Notes: a model not told the origin generated them from the sequence alone. A stretch of 64,000 bases of DNA from an uncultured Gemmatimonadales bacterium (GCA_963704805.1 CAVPHS010000002.1:260709-324708), one strand, 5' to 3'. Counted from the first letter of the stretch, positions 8,369 through 17,705 are shown. A program made the numbers and translations.

Positions 8369-10093
8369 TCAGGGCCGCCGGCATCCCGACTGCTCGAAGT
8401 TGCTCTCAACCGAATCGACCGATGCGTACATCGCCTGATCCCGCAGCGCGCGTCGCTGATCGAAGTTCGTCATGCGCGCCCGCCGTTCCGCGTTGTACGT
8501 CGTCCACAGGCCCTCGATCGCGACGAGCCCACTCGCGAGGCCACCGCAATCGAGCCGCCCACTCCCAAACAGCTCCGCACGATCGCGATAGTTGCGCACG
8601 GCGCTCGACAGCGAGTCGCTCAGGCGATCGAAACGCGCAAACGGCGACGCGGGGGCGGGGGGGGCCGGGGGCGCGGAGGGGGGGCTTGAGGAATCGGCGC
8701 TGGCGGCGGCAGCTGCGCCGGCGCAGTGACGGCCGGCGGAGCCGGCGGTGGTGTACGAGGGGGTACGGGGCTCGGCGGGCGGGTCGGGCGCGCGCTGCCA
8801 AGACGCGAAACCAACTTCTTGGCGCGATCCAGCAGCCCGGCCCACGGCGGCGGCACACCAGGATTCCGCAGCGCGAAGTACCAGTAGCCTCCTGCCCCGA
8901 TGCCGAGCGATCAGCAGCAAGACCGCCAAGCGACGTAGCCAGCGGCCGGTGCCCTTGCGCCGCCGCGCGCGACGCACGGCCCTGGGCGTTGGAGTTCCCT
9001 CCAGCAGCTGGAACGGTTGTGTCGGTGTCCGCCGCGGCTCTCGCGGTGGCTCGATGACCGGCGGCGGCGCCGAAGCCACGGACTCTGGCGTGACCGTCCA
9101 CGGCAACGTATCCGGCCGGGGCGGCGCGGGCGGCGGCTCCTCGGATCGCTCATCGGCAGGTGAGACAAACACGGGCTCTGAGGGCCGGCGTTTCTCGACA
9201 CGCGGCGGCGCAGGTGGCGGTGGCGGCTCGGGTTTGGGCGCTGGGGCCGGCTCATCGTCGGCACTCGAGCGGATGACGGGAATGTCATCCGCGCTCGAGC
9301 GCATGATGCGGAATCCCTTGTCACCAACAGGCGGGGGCGGGGGCGCGGGCCGCGGCGGTGCTGGAGCCTCGGGCTCCTCCTCAGGCTCCTCTGCTTTAGG
9401 GGGAGGCGGCGGCGGCGCAGGCTTGGCGGGCTTCGGCCCGGTCAACGTCGGCCCGTAGGCCTTGTAATTCCTCCACGTGATGAACGAGCGCTTCTTTCCA
9501 TCCGGTTTGATCGAATCGGGCTGCAGCAGCTCGTAGAACGCAACGGGTAGCTTGTGCCAATCGGTGCTTTGGCTCGCGCGAAAGAAGCGGCCCGTCACCC
9601 CGCCCGCTTCTGCCGCGACGAGAACCGCCACGTGCCACGGCTCGGTGAAGAACTTGCCGTGCGTCTCGACGTCGTGCGCGGTGAGGAACCCTCCCTGCCC
9701 CGGATGGCTGTGGTACCAGCCGAGCAACGAGGCTGATGCCTTCTTGAGCTGTTCCTGCATCCGATCCCACAGCCGCGACACGACGACCTCCGTCTTGTCG
9801 CCGTAAATCGGCTGGCTGAGCTTGAGCGTCTTGTCGATGACCGTGTAGAGGACGCCGGCTTCCGGGTCGCGGTAGACGTCGCCGATCAGGAATCCGAAGA
9901 TCGCCTGCGTGGGTGAGCTCTTGAGATGGTCCTGGAGCGCGATGACGGCTTCCTGCTGGAAAAAGATCGGATATGGCGAGCGGGTCGATGGGCGTCCCGG
10001 TGCCGTGGTCCCCGGCGCGGCGGGCGGATTCCACAGGATCGCCCGATCGAGCGGCATCGGCTGGAGCTTGGGCTCGGGACGGCTTCCGCTCAT
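8369..10093 (-). CDS. MPN/JAB-domain protein with Pro-rich linker, membrane segment and a C-terminal domain of unknown function
   Basis: 574-aa ORF. It carries a JAMM-like motif GWYHSHPGQGGFLTAHD (HxH-x7-T-x2-D) at nt 9671..9712. Long PPPP/APAP tracts follow. The C-terminal ~90 aa are non-repetitive (FARFDRLSDSLSSAVRNYRDRAELF...). The central part may be mis-framed (see findings). Confidence 0.7.
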   Translation of the reverse strand: MSGSRPEPKLQPMPLDRAILWNPPAAPGTTAPGRPSTRSPYPIFFQQEAVIALQDHLKSSPTQAIFGFLIGDVYRDPEAGVLYTVIDKTLKLSQPIYGDKTEVVVSRLWDRMQEQLKKASASLLGWYHSHPGQGGFLTAHDVETHGKFFTEPWHVAVLVAAEAGGVTGRFFRASQSTDWHKLPVAFYELLQPDSIKPDGKKRSFITWRNYKAYGPTLTGPKPAKPAPPPPPPKAEEPEEEPEAPAPPRPAPPPPPVGDKGFRIMRSSADDIPVIRSSADDEPAPAPKPEPPPPPAPPRVEKRRPSEPVFVSPADERSEEPPPAPPRPDTLPWTVTPESVASAPPPVIEPPREPRRTPTQPFQLLEGTPTPRAVRRARRRKGTGRWLRRLAVLLLIARHRGRRLLVLRAAESWCAAAVGRAAGSRQEVGFASWQRAPDPPAEPRTPSYTTAGSAGRHCAGAAAAASADSSSPPSAPPAPPAPASPFARFDRLSDSLSSAVRNYRDRAELFGSGRLDCGGLASGLVAIEGLWTTYNAERRARMTNFDQRRALRDQAMYASVDSVESNFEQSGCRRP

Positions 10094-11126
10094 CGCAACG
10101 TCGCTCCGATGATCTGCGCCGCGCGCTCGACATCGGCGCGCGTGACGTCGAGATGGGTGACGGCGCGCAACCGCCGCGGGCCAAACGGCTCGACCCGTAC
10201 CCCGGCCTGCGTGAGTCGCTGCGCCGCCGCCTCGGCCGTGTCACCGTCGCGTAGCAAGTCGAGCATCACGATGTTCGTCTCCGGCGTGATCAGCCTGAGT
10301 GTCTTGCTGTCGGAGAGCAGCTCGGCGAATCGCTGCGCGTTGGCGTGATCTTCACCGAGACGATCGAGATTGTGGTCGAGCGCATAGAGCGCCGCGGCGG
10401 CGAGGATACCGGACTGGCGCATGCCGCCGCCCAGGCGCCGGCGAATCTCCCGGGCACGCGGCCGTCGTGCCGCCGGGACGCCGAGGCACGATCCCACTGG
10501 ACAACCCAGTCCCTTGGACACACTGACCATGACCGTGTCGGCGCCGCGGGCGAGCCGCGCCGGCGGCACTCCCTGGGCGACGGCGGCATTCCACAATCGT
10601 GCGCCGTCGAGGTGCACGGCCAGCCCGGCCTCGTGTGCCGCGCGCGTGACACTGTCGTACGCCGCGGCCGGCAACACCTTGCCGCCTGCCGCATTGTGCG
10701 TGTTCTCGATCGCGAGGGCAGTGATGCGCGGTACATGCGGCGACGCGGGTCGCAGCGCGGCGCGCACCAGGTCCGGTGTGAGCAGGCCGTCGGGCGTGGT
10801 GATCGGGCGGATCTGCGCGCCTGATAACGCGGCAATACCAGCCATCTCGTAGTGCACCAGGTGCGCAGTGGCTTCCAGCAGCACTTCGGTGCCGTGTTCG
10901 GCCACCAGCCAGATACCGGTCTGATTGGCCTGGGTCCCGGACGGAAAAAAGAGCGCGTCTTCGGTGCCGATCAGCTGGGCGATGCGCTCCTCGAGCCGGC
11001 GGGTCGTCGGATCGCCGTCGAGCACGTCGTCGCCGACTTCCGCTTCCGCCATGGCACGCCGCATCCCGGCCGACGGCCTGGTGACGGTGTCGGACCGGAG
11101 ATCGATCGGGGGGAGGGGGGAGTCAT
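10090..11126 (-). CDS. ltaE: Low-specificity L-threonine aldolase; the 5' end is apparently frame-disrupted in a C6-T-C6 tract
   Basis: The ORF-track part (10090..11064) begins MRRAMAEAEVGDDVLDGDPT...FFPSGTQANQ. The same frame continues upstream as IDLRSDTVTRPSAG, the conserved family N-terminus, but has no start codon before an in-frame stop. ATG 11126..11124 overlaps the yihY stop (ATGA) and is 1 nt out of frame. Confidence 0.8.
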
Positions 11127-11959
11127 CCGAGGCGCACGCGTTGCAGGCGACGCATGCGCATCAGGTCGTAGGTCTCCGCTATCTCGCCACCCAGCAGAAA
11201 GACGTAGGCCGTGTAGTAGATCCACAAAATGAACAGCAGGAAGGCGGCCAGGTTCGCGTCCGACGCCAGGCGGTCGAACGTCACGAAGCGTGCGACGTAG
11301 AGCGCATAGAGCCGCTTGGCGATTTCGAATGCGACCGCGCAGAACAGCGAGGCGACCAGCCCGGTGCGCCAGTAGATCCGGCGGCTCGGCAGAAACTTGA
11401 AAATCACGAAAAACAGCAGGGTACTGAAGACGAGCGGCAAGAACTGTCCCGTCAGCCCGCCGGCCGTCGAGGCGAACGCGTTCGCGAGGAACAACGCGCC
11501 GGCGACGAATACCATGGCGAGATCCATCAGCTTGGCGACGGGCCAGGGTCGATTCTCCTCCGTATCGAAGACCTCGTTCAGAGCCGCGCGCAGACCCCCG
11601 AACATACGAGTCGAAAACCACAGGAACAGGGGCGCGGCCAGCACCGTGAGGTGACCGCGGCGGGCGATGAGGTCACCCAGCTCTCGCTCGATGAAGCCGA
11701 ACGTGCCGGTCTCCCCACCGCCCGACTCGGGGAGGAAGCGCTGCAGAAGCTCGTGGATGTCCAGCTGATGGATGGCGAGCTGGTATTGCGCCAGATGTCC
11801 GACGACGGCGAGGACGAGACCGACGAAGGGAATCGTCGTGAGCAGAATGTCGAACGACAGAGCGCCGGCGAGAAAGGGAATGTTGTCTTCGAAGGCCGCC
11901 TCGAGCGTGCGCCGGACGACACCGGTGACGGTGCGGTGCCAGCCGCCTTCACCGTTCAC
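11123..11959 (-). CDS. YihY/BrkB (ribonuclease BN-like) family membrane protein
   Basis: 278-aa multi-pass ORF with the family-like motifs FLAGALSFDILLTTIPF and YYTAYVFLLGGEIAETY. Confidence 0.8.
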   Translation of the reverse strand: MNGEGGWHRTVTGVVRRTLEAAFEDNIPFLAGALSFDILLTTIPFVGLVLAVVGHLAQYQLAIHQLDIHELLQRFLPESGGGETGTFGFIERELGDLIARRGHLTVLAAPLFLWFSTRMFGGLRAALNEVFDTEENRPWPVAKLMDLAMVFVAGALFLANAFASTAGGLTGQFLPLVFSTLLFFVIFKFLPSRRIYWRTGLVASLFCAVAFEIAKRLYALYVARFVTFDRLASDANLAAFLLFILWIYYTAYVFLLGGEIAETYDLMRMRRLQRVRLG

Positions 11960-12324
11960 GCGAGCGGCTCGTCCTCCTCCTCCGGCGCGGGCGTAGCGGG
12001 ACGCGGGGCCCTACGGCGCCGCCGCGCCGCCTCGAGCCGGCGCCGCAGCTGCTCGCGTGTCGCGAGCTCCGGCTCTTCCTCCTCCCCCTCCTGGTCCTCG
12101 GCGTCGGCCCCTGCCTCCTCCTCTGCTTCCTGCAGCAGGCCGCGCACTTCGTCGACTTTCTCCTCAGCCAGCTCCTTCAGATTCCGCAGGCCCTTCGTCA
12201 CCTTGCGGCGCGTCGCCTCGCCCCGCTCGGTGGGGGCAAACACGAACCCCGCCACCGCGCCGAGCACGATACCGAACAGGAACGCGCCAAACCCTCCCCC
12301 GCCTCCCCCGCCACGGTCGCTCAT
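11956..12324 (-). CDS. YtxH-domain protein
   Basis: 122-aa ORF. The N-terminal GFGAFLFGIVLGAVAGFVFAPTERGEATRRKV matches the YtxH pattern (Gly-zipper helix + FAP..G.ETR). The tail is acidic coiled-coil. Confidence 0.7.
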   Translation of the reverse strand: MSDRGGGGGGGFGAFLFGIVLGAVAGFVFAPTERGEATRRKVTKGLRNLKELAEEKVDEVRGLLQEAEEEAGADAEDQEGEEEEPELATREQLRRRLEAARRRRRAPRPATPAPEEEDEPLA

Positions 12325-13690
12325 TCACCGGCCTCCGCGTCGTCCGGCGCCGCCACCAGCGCCGCGCGGGGCGCTGCGTGGGACGCGAGCTTCGGTTTCA
12401 CGTAGCGGTCGGTCACCGCGCGCGTCCCCTTCACGCGCAGCTGCTCGAACAGAAACGCGAACGTCTTCTCGAGATCCGCGCCGATCGCGGCGCGCACGTC
12501 GGCCGGCAGATCCCAGAAGCGGCGCTTGAAGGGGCCGATCGCTTTCTTGCGGCTCTTGTAGATGAACTGCTCCTCGGTGTCGCCCTTCTTCCACTCGTCT
12601 TTCGCTTCGGTCTTCACCCACTCGTTCACCTCGCGCCGCAGGTCCTTCGGCAACGCGGGGTGGTCCATGACGATCGTCTGGAAGTTGGTCGCCAGGTGGA
12701 TCTCGATCGCTTCGCACTGCGGGAACTGCGAGAACGCCTCGGGGGGAAGTGTGGACGCGCCGTGCTGCACCGCGCCCCCCAGGCCGTACCGCTTGCGGGC
12801 CTCCTGCGACAGCGCTTTCAGCGCGGCGAGGTCGAGCTGCACTTTCGCGATCGACCCGTCGGGCAACACGACGCCCCCGTGACTCGTGCCGGTCTGCACG
12901 GAGATCTTGGAGATGCCCGCCGCCGTTCCGCGCGCTTTCAGCGTGCGGTTGTACCCCTGCATGAACGCCTCCAGCTCGTGCACGTCGCTGTTTTTCCGCC
13001 CACCTCGCCGATCTCGGCGCCGACGGACACGGTGACGTCGTCGGGCTCGCGCTCGCGAATGAACCGCGTGAGCTCGGCGGCACGCTCGTAGTTGGTGCGC
13101 TGCTGCTCGTCGAGATTGGGTTTGGAGAGATCGACGAGCGTGGAGGTGTCGATGTCGATGTTGTAGAAGCCGGCATGCAGCTCTTCTTCGATCAGCGCCC
13201 GCAGCGCCTTCAGCTCGGTTTCCGGATCGGCGGCGTATTTCTTCGCGTTGACCTGGACGTGATCGCCCTGGATGAACAGGGGGCCGGTGAAGCCCTCCCG
13301 CAGCGCGGCTGCCGTCATTACCGCGACGTACTCGGCGGGGCGCTGATCGGTGTATGCGATCTCGCTGCGCGCGATCTCACAAATGATCGCTCCCGCATCG
13401 AGCCGGAGCGCGGCGCGGAAGATCGCGCGGCCCGAGTCGTAGGACATGATGCGGACGTTCATGGCGGGCGTCGTGAACGCCGGGACCTCGCCGCGGCCGC
13501 GCGCCATGTACAGGTCGTGAATCGACGCGGCGCGAACGCCGGCCCGCTGGCCGATCTCCCACAACAGCCAGCGCGCGCGCGTCTTCGCGTCTTCGTTCCC
13601 GAACACCGCCTCGCGCACCAGCGCGTCCATCGCGGCGCTCTGCCGTACTGCCGGATCATCGAACTGTTTCAGGGTCGCTTCCAGTGTCAC
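12321..13690 (-). pseudogene. fba: Class II fructose-bisphosphate aldolase split into two ORFs by a 1-nt deficit in an A5 (plus-strand T5) run
   Basis: ORFs 12938..13690 and 12321..12983 are collinear halves: ...FIQGDHVQV...VSVGAEIGEVGGK | (N)SDVHELEAFMQGYN...VQTGTSHGG...AVQHGASTLP. With A6 instead of A5 at 12991..12995, the reading GGK-NSDVHELEAF is restored. Confidence 0.88.
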
Positions 13691-13712
13691 GAGGACCTCC
13701 TGGCGGCGGAAT

Positions 13713-14495
13713 CTACGCCCCGGCTAGGTCGATAACCAGTCCGTCATACGCGGGCGCAATCGTGGCCGGCAGCATGGCGGCGAGCGCGACATGCGTGAAC
13801 TCGTGCGTCAGATGCGTGAAGTACGTGCGACGCGCGCCGACCCGTTGCGCGGCGGCCACCGCTTCCGAAATGGACAGATGCAACGGGTGGGGGCGCGACA
13901 GCAGCGCGCTGAGCACCAGCACGTCGAGACCCTGCAGGGCACCGATCACGCTGTCGGGAATCGTCTTCACGTCCGTCAGGTACGCCAGGGGACCGACGCG
14001 ATAGCCGAGCACCGGCTGTTGCCCGTGCGGTAACGCGAGCGGCAGGACCGCGATGCCGGCGATCGCGATGGGGACACCCGGCTCGAGCACGTGTGGGGCG
14101 AGCTCCGGTGTGGTGGCGCCCGCGGGAACGACGAATGTCGGATCGAAGATGTAGGGGAATTTGCCGGCGAGCTCCGTCATCGTGTCGCGGGAGGCGAACG
14201 CGGGCAGCGCCGTTCTCTGGCGCATCGACAACGCGCGCAGATCGTCGATGCCGTGCACATGATCGGCATGCGCATGCGTGAACAGCACCGCATCGATGCG
14301 ATCAACGCCCGCGGCTACCAGCTGCAGCCGCAGCTCGGGTGGGGTGTCGATCAGCAAGCGTGCGTCGTGTGTCTCGATCAGCGCGGCGGTGCGTGTCCGG
14401 CGATCGCGCGGGTCAGGCGACGTGCAGGCGGCACAGCGACAGCCGATCTGCGGCACGCCGAAGGACGTGCCCGTGCCGAGCAGGGTCAACCGCAC
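13713..14495 (-). CDS. MBL-fold metallo-hydrolase (PhnP-like)
   Basis: The ORF track extends to 14672, overlapping pyk. GTG at 14495, 1 nt after the pyk stop, gives VRLTLLGTGTSFGVPQIGCRCAACTS...LFTHAHADHVHGIDDL (the HxHxDH motif). Confidence 0.8.
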   Translation of the reverse strand: MRLTLLGTGTSFGVPQIGCRCAACTSPDPRDRRTRTAALIETHDARLLIDTPPELRLQLVAAGVDRIDAVLFTHAHADHVHGIDDLRALSMRQRTALPAFASRDTMTELAGKFPYIFDPTFVVPAGATTPELAPHVLEPGVPIAIAGIAVLPLALPHGQQPVLGYRVGPLAYLTDVKTIPDSVIGALQGLDVLVLSALLSRPHPLHLSISEAVAAAQRVGARRTYFTHLTHEFTHVALAAMLPATIAPAYDGLVIDLAGA

Positions 14496-14496
14496 G

Positions 14497-15921
14497 TCAC
14501 ACCCGCTCGACTTTGATGAGATTGGTGCTGCCGGAGACCTCCCACGGCAATCCCGCGGTGACGACGATGCAATCACCGGGCTTCGCCAGGCCGCGTTTGG
14601 GGATGAGGCCGCGCACGACCTCGAGCATGGCGTCGTATCCGGGAACGCGATCGACGAGGACCGGCACCACACCCCAGACGAGCGCCAGCTGGTGATAGGT
14701 CGTCTTGACCGTCGTGACCGCGAGGATGGGCACCGGTGGACGGAGCGCCGCCACTTTGCGCGCCGTGAACCCCCCCTGCGTCAAGGTGACGATGAGCGGC
14801 GTCTTCAGCATGCGCGCGACGGCGGCCGTGCCCCAGGCGATCGCGTCCTCGGTGGCGACGCCGTCGGCGGCGGTGCGGCGCTCCTCGCGAAGGCGCAGCG
14901 GATGCCGCTCCATCTCGCGGATGATCCGGTCCATCGCCTGCACCGCGGCCACCGGATACTGCCCCACGGCGGTTTCGGCCGACAGCATCACGGCGTCGGT
15001 CCCGTCGAGAATCGCGTTGGCGACGTCCGAGGCCTCCGCGCGCGTGGGACGCGGCGCGTGCACCATCGACTCGAGCATCTGCGTCGCCGTGATGACGGGC
15101 TTGCCCTGATGGTTCGCCTCGCTGATCAGCCGCTTCTGCACGAGCGGCACCTGCTCGAACGGCAGCTCGACCCCGAGATCGCCGCGCGCCACCATGACGG
15201 CATCCGACACGGCGACGATTTTCTCGAGATTGTCGAGCGCAGTCGCCTTTTCGATCTTGGCGACGAGCTTGGTCGTCGGATCGACGAGCTTGCGCAGCTC
15301 CCCGATGTCTTCCGGACGCCGCACAAACGAGAGTGCGAGGTAGTCGACGCCGATCTTCATCGCGTGGTCGACGTCCTCACGATCCTTGTCGGTGAGTGCC
15401 GGCGCCGAGACCTGCACGCCCGGGAGGTTCATTCCCTTGTGCGCCGTCAGAATCCCGCCATCCACCACGCGGGCCCGCACCCGCGGTGGAGTGACACCCG
15501 TAACCTCGACCGACAGCAGCCCGTCGTTCAGCAGGATCCGCGAGCCGACCTTTGCGTCATTGGCAAGGCCATCGTACGTGGTTGGCAGCTCGTCAGCGCG
15601 AGCGACGTCGTCGGGCGCAAAGACGACCTCTTGTCCCCGCGTGAGCTCGCGCGGAGCAGGGAGGTCGCCCACCCGGATGCGGGGTCCCTGCAGATCGAGG
15701 AGCACCGCGATCGGCAATCCACTCTTCTCGGCGACCTTGCGGGCGGTCGCGATCCATTCGGCACGGAGCTCGGGCGTCCCGTGCGAGGCGTTGATCCGCA
15801 CCACGTTCGTTCCCGCCTGGATGAGCGCCGTGATGGCCGCTGCATTGCCGGTCGCCGGGCCGAGCGTCGCGACGATTTTGGTCTTCCGAATTGGGGCAGC
15901 GCTATTGGATTGGTTATCCAC
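14497..15921 (-). CDS. pyk: Pyruvate kinase
   Basis: 474-aa ORF with KTKIVATLGPAT, MVARGDLGVELP and TQMLESM motifs. Confidence 0.95.
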   Translation of the reverse strand: MDNQSNSAAPIRKTKIVATLGPATGNAAAITALIQAGTNVVRINASHGTPELRAEWIATARKVAEKSGLPIAVLLDLQGPRIRVGDLPAPRELTRGQEVVFAPDDVARADELPTTYDGLANDAKVGSRILLNDGLLSVEVTGVTPPRVRARVVDGGILTAHKGMNLPGVQVSAPALTDKDREDVDHAMKIGVDYLALSFVRRPEDIGELRKLVDPTTKLVAKIEKATALDNLEKIVAVSDAVMVARGDLGVELPFEQVPLVQKRLISEANHQGKPVITATQMLESMVHAPRPTRAEASDVANAILDGTDAVMLSAETAVGQYPVAAVQAMDRIIREMERHPLRLREERRTAADGVATEDAIAWGTAAVARMLKTPLIVTLTQGGFTARKVAALRPPVPILAVTTVKTTYHQLALVWGVVPVLVDRVPGYDAMLEVVRGLIPKRGLAKPGDCIVVTAGLPWEVSGSTNLIKVERV

Positions 15922-16132
15922 AAATTCCGGTGGGGTTCGAGATGTGGAAAAGTGGCTGCCTGAAACGTGCGGCGTCTGGGCTCATACAAGCGACAGTTGC
16001 TGCGGCGGCGTAGAAGCGAATGCGTTGAAAGACAAGCGTCTAACCGAAATTGGTGAAGTAATGCGTGAGGCGACACCGTCGACGGGATGGCGTGTCACGC
16101 TCTGCATAAAGATTCGCACATCCGTATACACC

Positions 16133-16630
16133 TCAGCGGACGACCTCAAGTGACTTTTGTGCGAGGCGTTGGCGCAGCTCCTGGAGCACGTGAATCGTGC
16201 GTGCCATCGCGGAAGCCGGCATGCCCTCGATGGTGCGGGCGGCGAGGCGTCGCTCGAGCTGCCCCACACGCAGCAGCACCTCCAGACCGTGCCGCGTCAG
16301 CGTCACACGGACGCCACGATCATCGTCGGGGTCGGTGGTGGTCTCGACTAGCCCCTTCGCCTCGAGCCGCTGGATAAACGTCGTAGCGGCCGCCCGCGAA
16401 ACGCCCAGCTCGCGCGCCACATCGCTCGGCCTCGCCCCGTCGGGCCCACCCAGATCCACGGCAGCCATCACCGCGTGCGCGCGCTGCGACAGGCCAAAAG
16501 TCTTGTAGGCCCTGTCGCCGGCCCGCTCGATCGCCTGCTGGGCGGCGATGACGGCGTCAGTGAGCTGCAGGGCCAGTTCGGAGCGGTCGGACATTGCCGT
16601 CAGCCGTCTGCCTTCAGCCGTCTGCAACAT
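16133..16630 (-). CDS. MarR-family transcriptional regulator
   Basis: 165-aa ORF. The winged HTH reads RPSDVARELGVSRAAATTFIQRLEAKGLVETTTDPDDDRGVRVTLTRHG. The start may instead be the internal M at 16594. Confidence 0.85.
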   Translation of the reverse strand: MLQTAEGRRLTAMSDRSELALQLTDAVIAAQQAIERAGDRAYKTFGLSQRAHAVMAAVDLGGPDGARPSDVARELGVSRAAATTFIQRLEAKGLVETTTDPDDDRGVRVTLTRHGLEVLLRVGQLERRLAARTIEGMPASAMARTIHVLQELRQRLAQKSLEVVR

Positions 16631-16653
16631 GTTAACATGTTGATAGTTAACAT
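16625..16653. promoter_or_regulatory. Candidate MarR operator: 18-bp perfect palindrome plus an extra half-site
   Basis: CAACATGTTAACATGTTG (16625..16642) overlaps the marR ATG (16630..16628). GTTAACAT recurs at 16646..16653. The element sits in an AT-rich island. Confidence 0.5.
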
Positions 16654-16708
16654 ACTAAATAAATCCAGGTCCGCAAGTACTGGGGTTTTCAGGCCGCCGA
16701 CGGCTCGC

Positions 16709-17095
16709 TCAACACGTTTCCGACCAGTCCACCTTCGATTCCCGCTTGCAGCGCGCGCATGTGAGGGAGTCCGGTTTGCCTTTGAAGTCCTGCCGCTCCT
16801 GGCACTGCGGGCAGACGGCGTAGGTGGTCGTCACGTTCTCCCCTTCCCTGCCGCCGAGAGTGGGTCGGAGAACTCCCGTCCGAACGACGATGCTCCAGCG
16901 GTCCGGCGGCACGTCGCGCACGGCGACGTCGATGCGGCTCACGCGCACCGGGCGTTTGCGCACCTCGATCACGACTTTGCCGTCCGTGGTTTCTTCGATG
17001 ATGGGATACCAGGCCCCGCGCCGCAGCACGTCGGCGACGTTGTCGAGGCATCGTGCCCAACCAAGGGGGCGAGTGGAAACCATGTCCGGGCCCAA
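16709..17095 (-). CDS. Uncharacterised protein with a C-terminal CPxC...CxRC zinc ribbon (paralogue 1)
   Basis: 128-aa ORF. It shares GWAR, LRRGAWYP, PP(D/E)RW(S/T)IV, TYAVCPxC..RQ and CxRC..(D/A)W blocks with ORF 17847..18236. Confidence 0.65.
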   Translation of the reverse strand: MGPDMVSTRPLGWARCLDNVADVLRRGAWYPIIEETTDGKVVIEVRKRPVRVSRIDVAVRDVPPDRWSIVVRTGVLRPTLGGREGENVTTTYAVCPQCQERQDFKGKPDSLTCARCKRESKVDWSETC

Positions 17096-17121
17096 TGTAG
17101 CACGTCAGGCTAGATTTCGTT

Positions 17122-17700
17122 ATGCGCACCATCGGCACGATCACCCGGTTACAGATTCAGCGAGGGTCACTCAAGTCGGGCGAGAAACCCACGCGCCAGT
17201 ATGACCCCGCTCCACTACTCGCGGTCCCCAAATTGAACATCGCGCCGGACGGCGCTCTCGGCGCCCGCGACGGCGGCGAGTGGATCGTCGACGTCCACCA
17301 CCGCGCCCACCCGCTCACCAAGAACGAAGACGGGCAGCACGGCATCTCGCTCGGCTTCACCACGCACTACGACGCGATGCGCGAGCACTTCGGCGATCGC
17401 ATCGAGCTGGGATGCGCGGGCGAAAACATCATCGCGACCACCAACAAGCGGTTTACCTACGATGAGCTGGCGGCCGGCGTCGCGATCCTGGCCCCCGACG
17501 GCACACTGCGCGTCCGGCTTCGCGTTCTCCAGGTCGCACATCCGTGCAAACCGTTCACGGGGTGGGCGCTCGGCAAGCAAGTCGAGCCAACGGAGCTGAA
17601 AAAGCACCTCCAGTTTCTCGACAATGGAATGAGGGGGTTTTACTGCGTTGGTGAAGGGACGGGCACGGTCTCGCTGGGTGATTCGATTGCGATTCCTTAG
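17122..17700 (+). CDS. MOSC-like beta-barrel domain protein (tentative)
   Basis: 192-aa ORF. GCAGENIIATT and HPCKPF resemble the MOSC GENL and conserved-Cys regions. The assignment is from motif recall only. Confidence 0.55.
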   Translation: MRTIGTITRLQIQRGSLKSGEKPTRQYDPAPLLAVPKLNIAPDGALGARDGGEWIVDVHHRAHPLTKNEDGQHGISLGFTTHYDAMREHFGDRIELGCAGENIIATTNKRFTYDELAAGVAILAPDGTLRVRLRVLQVAHPCKPFTGWALGKQVEPTELKKHLQFLDNGMRGFYCVGEGTGTVSLGDSIAIP

Positions 17701-17705
17701 GACAG

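Noticed and set aside
10925-12529. Very long plus-strand ORFs: 534 aa here, also 14278..15963, 18889..20841, 28331..29971, 37291..39174 and 48994..50277.
   Set aside because: Each lies antisense to a confidently identified minus-strand gene. Their translations are Arg/Pro/Ala/Gly-rich low-complexity strings with no motifs. These are the typical shadow ORFs of high-GC DNA.
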